Source: a virus. Taken from it: a DNA stretch of 64,000 bases. Under the pieces are notes generated by a model. It searched no databases, was not told the DNA's origin, and worked only from the letters and a program-made list of their open reading frames with translations. Where the stretch lies: positions 1 through 64,000 of the IMG/VR virus record IMGVR_UViG_3300046010_009647; one strand, 5' to 3'. The position numbers were made by a program, and so were the translations under genes. Positions 1 to 7,450 of this stretch are shown here, piece after piece. How positions within the stretch are numbered: position 1 is the stretch's first letter; the number at the start of each line of letters is the position of its first letter.

Positions 1-114
1 TACCAAGGTATCGACCAGTCCAAGCTTGTGCCTCTGCTGACGGCTGCGCTGCAGGAGGCTATTGGTCGCATCGAAACCCTTGAAGCTGACGTAGCAGCTC
101 TCAAGGGCGTGTAG
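1..114 (+). CDS. 3' end of a tail fibre gene (intramolecular chaperone, peptidase S74-like C-terminus), truncated by the window edge
   Basis: Frame 1 reads YQGIDQSKLVPLLTAALQEAIGRIETLEADVAALKGV*, nearly identical to the C-terminal region of the fibre at 23683-25137. Confidence 0.85.
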   Translation, partial: YQGIDQSKLVPLLTAALQEAIGRIETLEADVAALKGV

Positions 115-171
115 TCCTACTCACTAATCTCTTTTATTACTGCTAAGGTAAGTAAGTCATTACTCCAAGGA

Positions 172-366
172 ATGAAAACCGTTCCCGTTCCCAAATTGAC
201 CTTGTCATTTGAGGTTGATATTGAAGTAGAGTACAACTCTTTTGGCGGCAAAACTGCCGACGAAATTGCAGAAGCTCTTCAAGATGAACTCCACAACTTA
301 GTCTTTGAGTTGGACCAGGTTATTGGGATGGAATCCCACTGCACATCCATTGCACCCCACAACTAA
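172..366 (+). CDS. small acidic hypothetical protein
   Basis: 64-aa ORF with AAGGA just upstream. Confidence 0.6.
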   Translation: MKTVPVPKLTLSFEVDIEVEYNSFGGKTADEIAEALQDELHNLVFELDQVIGMESHCTSIAPHN

Positions 367-367
367 C

Positions 368-613
368 ATGATGAACACTGATTACCTCGCCGGCTGGGAC
401 GTTAAGGCTGAGCAACGCAAAGCTGATTTTATGGAGCACATGTACCAATGCAGCGGGCGTGCCAAGGGTGGTCCCGGTATTGTTGGCCTTTACACTGGGC
501 TATGGGAAAACTTCTGTCTTCGGGAAGCTGGTCCCATCATGCGGGATCGGTACTTTGAAATGATGGAAGCTGTCCGTCTTTACGAGGAAGGCAAGCTCGA
601 ACCTGTTTCTTAA
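368..613 (+). CDS. hypothetical phage protein
   Basis: ATG at 368 directly after the previous stop; part of track ORF 305..613. Confidence 0.6.
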   Translation: MMNTDYLAGWDVKAEQRKADFMEHMYQCSGRAKGGPGIVGLYTGLWENFCLREAGPIMRDRYFEMMEAVRLYEEGKLEPVS

Positions 614-642
614 GGTTTACACTGAACACACTTTTGTTGTTG

Positions 643-674
643 GACGTGCCACACTAGTGGTACGTCTCTTTTTA
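643..674 (+). terminator. intrinsic terminator-like hairpin
   Basis: GACGTGCCAC-acta-GTGGTACGTC followed by TCTTTTT. Confidence 0.55.
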
Positions 675-677
675 TTT

Positions 678-1040
678 ATGGACACCACACAAGAACCTAT
701 AGACAGCGTTCAAAGCTGGCAAGATTGGTACCGCAAACACCGTATTATTGCTCAAACGGACAAACCTTTGGCAACCAAAGACTTACGCGAAGCCATGCAC
801 GACACCACCAACGCAGTTGAAACTTTGGTTGACACTGATCCAAAAACAATGTGGATTGAAAAAGCACGTGAGCATTTTGCTGACACACTTGCTGAATATC
901 AATACGAATTGAGTGGCAAAGACTTCTACAAAGCTTTTTACCAGGCAGCGGTAGAAGCAATGGACCATTCAGAAAAAGAATATCAACGCACCAAAGAACT
1001 AGTTGATATGCTGCGTTACCACCACCTTGGTCAAGACTGA
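678..1040 (+). CDS. hypothetical protein
   Basis: ATG at 678; stop overlaps the next ATG (TGATG). Confidence 0.65.
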   Translation: MDTTQEPIDSVQSWQDWYRKHRIIAQTDKPLATKDLREAMHDTTNAVETLVDTDPKTMWIEKAREHFADTLAEYQYELSGKDFYKAFYQAAVEAMDHSEKEYQRTKELVDMLRYHHLGQD

Positions 1041-1279
1041 TGTCTCGCTCCAAAGATCCTGAATACCCTCAATGGATATGTCATTGCTGTGGTGAAAACT
1101 ATGGCACGTGGTACAAACGTGGTACTTATGTAGGACCGCCGCATCACTATGCCACCTACCACCAAGGTACGTGTGGTGTCTGTGGAGCAAAAGATGTAGC
1201 GGTTACTGAGCCACGTGATTACGGCCATCTACATGCAAAGTGGAGGACTGCAATAATAAAGAAAGATAACAGTAACTAG
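1040..1279 (+). CDS. small zinc-ribbon protein
   Basis: CHCC...CGVC cysteine pairs. Confidence 0.6.
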   Translation: MSRSKDPEYPQWICHCCGENYGTWYKRGTYVGPPHHYATYHQGTCGVCGAKDVAVTEPRDYGHLHAKWRTAIIKKDNSN

Positions 1280-1283
1280 TGCA

Positions 1284-2603
1284 ATGCCGGTATATAGAGA
1301 AGCAGGTGAACCTCTTCTATATGAAGTAATTAAAGTACAGACATGTAGTGGTCAACCACTTGAAGTAACAACAGCAAGTGGTACGAACATTTACGTCCAA
1401 CCTGCTGGCATGGCAGGTGATGCCTTTGGGCGTACACGTGTATCAGCCCCTCTAACTCTCTTTGATTCAAGCCATCGTTATAACGACAATGGTTTGTGGG
1501 CTACCTCCAGTGGTGCTGGTGGTACGTTTGCATTCAATGCAAACCAAGGTCTTGTTGATCTCAACGTAACCACTACATCTGGTTCCGAGATCATCAGGGA
1601 AACCACTAAGGTTTGCTCGTATCAACCAGGGAAATCCTTGTTGTTTATGTCGACCTTTGTAATGAATGCACCAAAAGCTAACCTGCGGCAACGCGTTGGT
1701 TACTATGGTGCTTCTAATGGTTTGTATCTAGAGGTTAGTGGTACCACGGGGCCTGTCTTTGTTGAACGCAGTGCTGTAACTGGAAGTGTTACTGAGACAC
1801 GTGTAGCACAAACCAACTGGAACATTGACAAACTAGATGGCAATGGACCTTCAGGTTTTACGCTTGATCTTACCAAGGCTCAAATCCTTTGGTTTGATAT
1901 CGAATGGCTTGGCCTTGGTACTGTACGTGCAGGGTTTGTAATCAACGGTGCATTCATTCATTGCCATTCATTCCATCACGCTAACCTAATCACATCTACT
2001 TACATCACAACGGCATCTTTGCCGTTGCGTTATGAAATTACTAATGTAGGTACGACGGCAAGCAGCAGTACATTAAAGCAAGTTTGTTCGACAGTCCTAT
2101 CGGAAGGTGGATACGAACTACGTGGAGCACAGTCTGCCATTGGTACTCCTATCGCATCACCACGTGATCTAACAAACGTATCTACTGAGTACCCTGTTAT
2201 CTCTATTCGTCTTAAATCAACTCGTCTTGATGCAATTGTTATCTTGACCGCCTTATCAATTATGGGTATTACTAACAATGCAAACTACAACTGGAAAGTA
2301 ATTGTAGGCGGTACAACCACAGGTGGATCATGGGATACCACTGGAGCAACTTCTTCCGTTGAGTACAACATCACTGGCACATCCTTTGCACTTGGAACAG
2401 GACGTATCTTAGCCAGTGGTTTTGCTACGGGTTCTAACCAGGGATCCACCGTTATTGATATCCTAAAAGAAGCTTTGTTTTCATTTCAGTTAGAGCGTAA
2501 TGGTCTTACCAGCACTGCAATAGAATTGACCTTGGCATGCAGCAGTGCATCTGCTGGAGCTGATGTCCTTTCTTCCATGGACTGGGAAGAAATATCTCGC
2601 TGA
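1284..2603 (+). CDS. virion structural protein (beta-rich)
   Basis: 439 aa, Thr/Gly/Ser-rich, with a DAFGR motif and a WEE C-terminus typical of phage structural proteins. Confidence 0.6.
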   Translation: MPVYREAGEPLLYEVIKVQTCSGQPLEVTTASGTNIYVQPAGMAGDAFGRTRVSAPLTLFDSSHRYNDNGLWATSSGAGGTFAFNANQGLVDLNVTTTSGSEIIRETTKVCSYQPGKSLLFMSTFVMNAPKANLRQRVGYYGASNGLYLEVSGTTGPVFVERSAVTGSVTETRVAQTNWNIDKLDGNGPSGFTLDLTKAQILWFDIEWLGLGTVRAGFVINGAFIHCHSFHHANLITSTYITTASLPLRYEITNVGTTASSSTLKQVCSTVLSEGGYELRGAQSAIGTPIASPRDLTNVSTEYPVISIRLKSTRLDAIVILTALSIMGITNNANYNWKVIVGGTTTGGSWDTTGATSSVEYNITGTSFALGTGRILASGFATGSNQGSTVIDILKEALFSFQLERNGLTSTAIELTLACSSASAGADVLSSMDWEEISR

Positions 2604-2648
2604 GGGGTTGATTTGTTTTTGGTAAACTAGAACTATTGATTAAAAGCT

Positions 2649-3191
2649 ATGTATACCCCTGGTCCTCAAACGCAACAACCACTCAATTCTGGGGTAACTC
2701 CAGAGCCTCAAGCAAAGCCCAAGGCTCCTGGTAAATCAAAGAACGGTGACGTCGGGGCCTTCATCCAGCAATGCATCTCCCTTTCCTCCTACCTCAAGGA
2801 ACTTGAGACACAAGCCCATCTCATTCACCTGAACCACGAGGGGTCTAACTTCCTCGGGGTGCATGGGTTCCTTAAAGACCAATATGAAGCTCATTTGAAA
2901 CAGTTCGATACGTTAAGTGAGTTCATTCGCAGCATGGACTACCTGATGCCTATGTGCGCCAGGGGGCTAGCTGATGCTGGTCCTGGCATTCAACACGTTA
3001 CCAGCTACAAGGGAACAGAGATGCTCGCCACGTACTACAAGAACCTTGAAGAACTTGGTATGAAGACCAAAAAGCTGGAGCCTGTTGCGGCCAAGGTGGG
3101 TGCCATTGATATTCAAAACTACATGGCTGAGTTGTGTGGTCAAGCCTTTAAGGCTGCTTGGTTTATTAAAGCTACGTTGCGGAATGGCTGA
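2649..3191 (+). CDS. Dps/ferritin-like protein
   Basis: H..HLN..G.NF..VH..L..QYE...FD.LSE.IR pattern of the Dps ferroxidase helices. Confidence 0.75.
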   Translation: MYTPGPQTQQPLNSGVTPEPQAKPKAPGKSKNGDVGAFIQQCISLSSYLKELETQAHLIHLNHEGSNFLGVHGFLKDQYEAHLKQFDTLSEFIRSMDYLMPMCARGLADAGPGIQHVTSYKGTEMLATYYKNLEELGMKTKKLEPVAAKVGAIDIQNYMAELCGQAFKAAWFIKATLRNG

Positions 3192-4111
3192 TGCCTGGCG
3201 TATTTCAACACTTACTTAATCAAGTAAGCCGAGGATACGGTCAACTTGATAAAAAAGTATTTAAAGGCGTGTTGCCAGGGGGAGCATCTATTTCTTCTAG
3301 TCTTGCTCCTGATATTCGGAATATCTCACAGTCCCCAATTTATAAAACCGTACGAGATAAAGTTGCTGTTCCCCTTTTAGATAAAGGAATGGAAGCAGGT
3401 ATTGTTCCTGCTAAAGAAGGGATGTTTGCAAGGTTTCTTTCAGGCACTTCGCAACCTTTAACACGCATTCCTGCTGATACCAAAGCTGCAGAAGCTTTAC
3501 TTAACAAAGAACTAACACAACAAGTAACTGTAAATCCTTTGCGATTAACAGCTGAAAAAACTTTTGGTGATTGGATGAATGCCTCTAGAGCAGTAAACAG
3601 TCAAAACGAAATGTATAACATGTATGGCAAAGGTTCACCTGCAACTCAAGAACAACTAAATCAAGTAAGCACCCTGGACCAAAAAGTAAACGAATACGTA
3701 GCGCAACTAGGATTAAAAAATCGAAATGATTTAGTTGTCCCAACAACAGAGCAAAGCATTAAACAAAGACAGCAAGGATATACGCCATCTAATTACGTTG
3801 TTAGTGATTATGCGAACATTGGTGCACAAGGCTTGGGTTTAAATCAAGAACAAACGGCTCTTGTCAATAAAGGATTGGTTAATACTTTAGGGCGTTATAA
3901 GGTGCAAGACGGTCAAACTGCAGATGAAAGATATGATTTTAATTCCTACAACGTAGGTACACCTTTGTTTGCGCCAGGCTCTATGGTTGGTGGTGTGGTA
4001 GGTGAACAAGACAGCAGCCGAGTACTTGCGGATAGAGCTTTGTCCTTAGCCGATAAGTTTGGTTTTATCCAACCAGGGGCTGGTTATCCTGTTCAATTTA
4101 AATTCCGTTAA
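3191..4111 (+). CDS. hypothetical protein, possibly virion-associated
   Basis: 306-aa ORF translationally coupled to the Dps-like gene. Confidence 0.6.
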   Translation: MPGVFQHLLNQVSRGYGQLDKKVFKGVLPGGASISSSLAPDIRNISQSPIYKTVRDKVAVPLLDKGMEAGIVPAKEGMFARFLSGTSQPLTRIPADTKAAEALLNKELTQQVTVNPLRLTAEKTFGDWMNASRAVNSQNEMYNMYGKGSPATQEQLNQVSTLDQKVNEYVAQLGLKNRNDLVVPTTEQSIKQRQQGYTPSNYVVSDYANIGAQGLGLNQEQTALVNKGLVNTLGRYKVQDGQTADERYDFNSYNVGTPLFAPGSMVGGVVGEQDSSRVLADRALSLADKFGFIQPGAGYPVQFKFR

Positions 4112-4362
4112 CTAGCCCAGTGCTCAAGCCTATGACAGTTGCAGCATAGCGGAATACACTTACTGATCTCTTGCTCAACCCTGCTCCAGGCGTAACCATG
4201 GTTCACCATGGATGAGATGTTATTGTCCTTGTCACCTATGTGGTGGAACTCAAGGACACGATGATCATCCAACCCACACTTCTTGCACTGCAAAGTCTTC
4301 TTGTACTCCAGAAGCTTTTGTCGATTCTTATCGATACGTTTTTTAGCAGTGCTCCAGGTCAC
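4108..4362 (-). CDS. small HNH endonuclease
   Basis: CKKC...LEFHH...C.PLCCNCHRLEH. Confidence 0.75.
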   Translation of the reverse strand: MTWSTAKKRIDKNRQKLLEYKKTLQCKKCGLDDHRVLEFHHIGDKDNNISSMVNHGYAWSRVEQEISKCIPLCCNCHRLEHWAS

Positions 4363-4436
4363 GTATAGTTTTTGTGCACGTGTACCTATAATTTATCAGT
4401 TTTCTCAATAAACGTGGTTTATTGAGATTCTTAATA

Positions 4437-4512
4437 GCACCTGGGTAGGAGTCGAACCTACATCGTCCTGCAGCGGCAGTAACCGTCTTATCCAATTAGC
4501 TCGGACCAGGTG
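4437..4512 (-). ncRNA. tRNA-like RNA lacking a canonical anticodon arm
   Basis: Acceptor stem CACCTGG/CCAGGTG, perfect T-arm GTAGG-TTCGACT-CCTAC, D-loop-like AGCTAATTGGATAAG; the middle arm CTGC-CGCT-GCAG has only a 4-nt loop. Confidence 0.65.
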
Positions 4513-4513
4513 A

Positions 4514-4584
4514 TCGGGATGGAAGGTACTGCCCCTTCTCCTTTGCGTCCCAAACGCAATGTGATACTTTTCTACTACATCCCG
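4514..4584 (-). tRNA. trnP: tRNA-Pro(UGG), atypical D- and T-loops, no encoded CCA
   Basis: CGGGATG/CATCCCG acceptor; anticodon arm TTGCG-TT-TGG-GA-CGCAA; T-arm GAAGG-GGCAGTA-CCTTC. Confidence 0.8.
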
Positions 4585-4585
4585 A

Positions 4586-4801
4586 GTGACCCCCTGGTTT
4601 GTGCATCATCCTGAAAACCATTTTGTTGACGTCAACAAAATGGTCTACGTATAGGAGCTAAGCATAGGAGGTGTTGCTAATAGATGGATGCAGTGTAACT
4701 GGCTTACCGACAATCGGGCTGTGAGTTAACCAGGCGTATCCAGACAGTGACTGCACCTCTATCTTGGGCTCTCCTTCTAGGCTATTTGCCTAACGAGTCA
4801 C
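4586..4801 (-). ncRNA. structured ncRNA abutting the tRNA (manA-motif-like candidate)
   Basis: The ends pair (GTGACTC...GGGTCAC); nested stems such as ATAGA/TCTAT, TGCAGT/ACTGCA and CTGG/CCAG; no credible ORF; ends 1 nt before tRNA-Pro. Confidence 0.55.
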
Positions 4802-4837
4802 CCCAGCTGCCCCATCAGAAAGAGAGGGGGAACAAAA

Positions 4838-5467
4838 TTATTCTACATGCTTTACCTCATACATGTAATGGTCTGATGTCTCCAGCTTCCTTTTGTTTTC
4901 TACCGAATACACCGTCATATCAATCTCATACCCTGGGTTCTGTTTGATACGGTTAAAGGTCCAGGCGTTGTCGTACCAAATGATTCGGTTGTTGGGATAT
5001 GCATAGTAATTACCGCTCTCCATTTTGAAAAGATGGGCGCACTTATGCTCAGGTGTCTCTGAGAAATTAAAGTCGGTCGTACCCTTGTTTTCCCATGACC
5101 AATCAAGCGTAAACATGTAGGAGCCAAGAGCCTTCTCACCGCTGGGCTTGATCAATTCAGCTTGCAACCCGGCAAGTCGTGCACGTTTTTGAACGTCAAT
5201 ATAAGGTGAGAAGCAGTCCCAGTACATCACGTCTTCCAACGGCTCAACGGGTGCATCAGGCTTCCAGCAGAACGCATGTAGGGGACGCCGTGTCCAATTT
5301 ACGCCATTCTCAAGGAAGGCTTCAAAGAGAGGTACACGCTTCTCAATACTGGCAACACAGTGCACATCACACTTGGTCACCTCGCCATGACCTTGCTTGT
5401 GGTTGTAAAGAAACTCGTTGCGGATGTAGCACGACCAATCGGGAAGGTTGTGATTCAAATACGCCAC
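4838..5467 (-). CDS. conserved hypothetical cyanophage-type protein
   Basis: About 209 aa, aromatic-rich globular sequence; GTG start at 5467 is likely. Confidence 0.7.
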   Translation of the reverse strand: MAYLNHNLPDWSCYIRNEFLYNHKQGHGEVTKCDVHCVASIEKRVPLFEAFLENGVNWTRRPLHAFCWKPDAPVEPLEDVMYWDCFSPYIDVQKRARLAGLQAELIKPSGEKALGSYMFTLDWSWENKGTTDFNFSETPEHKCAHLFKMESGNYYAYPNNRIIWYDNAWTFNRIKQNPGYEIDMTVYSVENKRKLETSDHYMYEVKHVE

Positions 5468-5471
5468 GTAC

Positions 5472-5498
5472 AAAAAATCCCGGTTGTTATACCGGGAT
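5472..5498 (-). terminator. intrinsic terminator
   Basis: - strand ATCCCGGT-ataaca-ACCGGGAT-TTTTT. Confidence 0.7.
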
Positions 5499-5593
5499 CA
5501 TACTTCCTTCCCACTCAGACTGTTGCTAAGCACTACATTCGTAACGTGAAGGAGCTTTCGACTATTAGCTCCGGAGCGGTATTGCTCCGTATG
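5499..5593 (-). ncRNA. candidate multibranch structured RNA
   Basis: CATAC/GTATG closing stem enclosing GGAGC/GCTCC, GGAGCT/AGCTCC and CCTTC/GAAGG stems. Confidence 0.4.
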
Positions 5594-5604
5594 TCAGGAT
5601 ATCA

Positions 5605-5769
5605 CTATTTTTTCTTCTTTGCGGCTGCAGCTTTCTTTGCTTCGATCATTGCTTTGAACTTGTCGCGGGCAGCAGCTTGCTTGTCGGTGCCACCTGCTTT
5701 GCCTTTAGCCGGAGCTTCTTTGCCCTTGGGAGGAACAGCTTTGCCTTTAGGGGGAACTGCTTTAGCCAT
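5605..5769 (-). CDS. small Lys/Ala-rich basic protein (histone-like), not in ORF track
   Basis: MAKAVPPKGKAVPPKGKEAPAKGKAGGTDKQAAARDKFKAMIEAKKAAAAKKKK*; TATAAT upstream. Confidence 0.75.
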   Translation of the reverse strand: MAKAVPPKGKAVPPKGKEAPAKGKAGGTDKQAAARDKFKAMIEAKKAAAAKKKK

Positions 5770-5799
5770 AATCGTTAAGTATCTTTATTGATTATAAAG

Positions 5800-6000
5800 T
5801 TACTTACCTTGTTTATAACGACGGGCGGCACGTCCGGCTTTTTTGGCACGTTCAGTGTTAGCTACAAATTGTTTACCTTCTCTACTACCAGCTCTTTTCT
5901 TTTGGTCAGTCTCCTCACGTTCTTCTTTAGACAGTGAAGCCCACGCTTTTTCTGGTAGGTAACGCTTAGTGTAACCCTTTTGAATTGCTTTGTCTGCCAT
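5800..6000 (-). CDS. small basic protein (C-terminal partner of the DUF5872-like protein)
   Basis: RYLPEKAWASLS..E...TD.KKR.GS..GKQFVANT; start overlaps the upstream stop (TAATG). Confidence 0.75.
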   Translation of the reverse strand: MADKAIQKGYTKRYLPEKAWASLSKEEREETDQKKRAGSREGKQFVANTERAKKAGRAARRYKQGK

Positions 6001-6311
6001 TATTTGCTTTCCTTGTACTTCTTAGCAGCAGACTTAGCCTTGCTACGTTTCTCATACTCATCTTTGGTTTGCCACTTTTCTTTGCCCCACTTCTCTAAAG
6101 ACTTTTGTTTATCACCTTTACCCCCTTTATATCCACCACCAGCTTCTTTGTACTCACTAGCAACAAGCTGAGCTTTTCTAGCCGAAATAATTAGTTAGCC
6201 TTACGGCTACGACCATTCTCCCGGTTTGCCACCACGGCCTTCACGCATAACTTTGTTTTTAATGCGCTCACGCAGGTCTGGTTTGGTGTACTTGCTTTTG
6301 TCTTCAGCCAT
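6000..6311 (-). CDS. DUF5872-like basic protein interrupted by a 27-nt coding gap (94 aa if bypassed)
   Basis: MAEDKSKYTKPDLRERIKNKVMREGRGGKPGEWS-[gap]-ARKAQLVASEYKEAGGGYKGG...KYKESK*; removing the gap restores the family motif GGKPG(Q/E)WSARKAQL; GAGG RBS upstream. Confidence 0.8.
6183..6212 (-). other. putative programmed translational bypass element (take-off TCG, stop hairpin, landing TCG)
   Basis: TCG TAG CCG TAA GGC TAA CTA ATT ATT TCG; hairpin TAGCC-GTAA-GGCTA. Confidence 0.75.
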
Positions 6312-6912
6312 AACTTCCTCGCTCTTTAAGATAAGTGACTGCGTTTGTCAATACTTCTATATTATCACCAAATAAACCTAAAGCTCTGTTGCATTCTTTG
6401 CACAACAAACCCCTAAACTCATTAGTTTTATGGTTATGGTCCATTGCTAAAGATTGTTTGTCTTTAGGAGGATCTTGGCAAATTGCGCATAAACCTTCCT
6501 GTGCCTCAAACACAACATCATATTGTGCTTTTGTTATTCCTCTGCGTTCGTATTTTTTGTGGTTGTGATGCAATAAATCTTGCCCTTGTTTTTTAACTTT
6601 TTGATAATGTTCTTTGTTATTATCTACCCATTTATTCCAGGTTATTCTGTTACAGGTTTTGCATGAAGAATGAAGATATAATTTCCCATCTTGTTTGCGT
6701 CTTCTAAAGCAATCCCAATCTAAATAATGAGCACATTTAGAACATTGTTTTTGGCCGTCTGCTCCATACAAAAGCCTAAATCGACGATTGACTAAAGATC
6801 TGCAATCCTTGCATACGCTGTCTCTTTTTATATTGCCGGCTGAGTTGTACCCTTTGTTTGCAAAATTTTCATACGGCTTTCTAGTTCCGCATTCCCGGCA
6901 AAGCTTTTGCAT
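6304..6912 (-). mobile_element. free-standing homing endonuclease, endonuclease VII (His-Me finger) family
   Basis: N-terminal CxxC zinc fingers, then Q.G.CAIC...LAMDHNH..N.FRGLLC..CN.ALG; AT-rich; flanked by duplicated gene starts. Confidence 0.85.
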
Positions 6913-6947
6913 TGGTTGGTTTGTGCTTTTCTTACTATAGCACAAAA

Positions 6948-7046
6948 TCACTGACCAGGCTTGCCACCTTTGGAGCCAGCCATCACGCGATCTTTGATTC
7001 GTTCACGTAACTCAGGTTTTGAGTACTTGCTATCATCCTGCGCCAT
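6948..7046 (-). pseudogene. truncated 5' copy of the DUF5872-like gene
   Basis: MAQDDSKYSKPELRERIKDRVMAGSKGGKPGQ* aligns with 6311-6216 and stops (TGA) exactly at the Trp (TGG) position. Confidence 0.8.
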
Positions 7047-7168
7047 CAGGATCTTTATTACGTTCTTTTAATATTTTAGCCCACTTACATGGACGTGATA
7101 ATACTTGCTCTAGCTCCTTAGCAGTTGGGTAAGGAATAGGAAGACTGAGCAAATATTTTTCGAGGCGT

Positions 7169-7381
7169 TCAGCCTCGGTAACGATTCGTCTTTTCGTCAT
7201 CCTTCTTGGCAAATTGATGCATCAAATCATCAACCTGCTCCAGGGATTCAAGACGGCACAAGATGTCAGAGATGGTTGTAATCGTAATGGGATGCTCTGT
7301 ACGTGCAGCAAATGCCAGGGCATCACGCATACAACTAGCTGCATTCTCAACGGACTCTTTAACTTGAGTAGAAAGAGACAT
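7169..7381 (-). CDS. hypothetical cyanophage protein
   Basis: MSLSTQVKESV...RDALAFAAR.E; likely start at 7381. Confidence 0.65.
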   Translation of the reverse strand: MSLSTQVKESVENAASCMRDALAFAARTEHPITITTISDILCRLESLEQVDDLMHQFAKKDDEKTNRYRG

Positions 7382-7450
7382 CTCTGATTCTTTTGGTGTT
7401 CTTAGTATAGGACCAATCAACAACATGTGTAGAGCATGTACGTGTAACAA

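Noticed and set aside
4437-4801. Permuted two-piece tmRNA
   Set aside because: The acceptor stem lacks the Ala G3-U70 identity and no tag-peptide frame was found.
6195-6209. Stop-codon reassignment or read-through of the gap
   Set aside because: There are three in-frame stops of two types (TAG, TAA, TAA), both used as real stops elsewhere, and no suppressor tRNA is seen. Read-through would also insert 9 residues into the conserved motif.
6186-6950. Group I intron interpretation of the endonuclease insertion
   Set aside because: The insert is filled by the ORF and a duplicate gene start. There is no room for a P3-P9 core, and it does not end in G at a junction that restores the frame.
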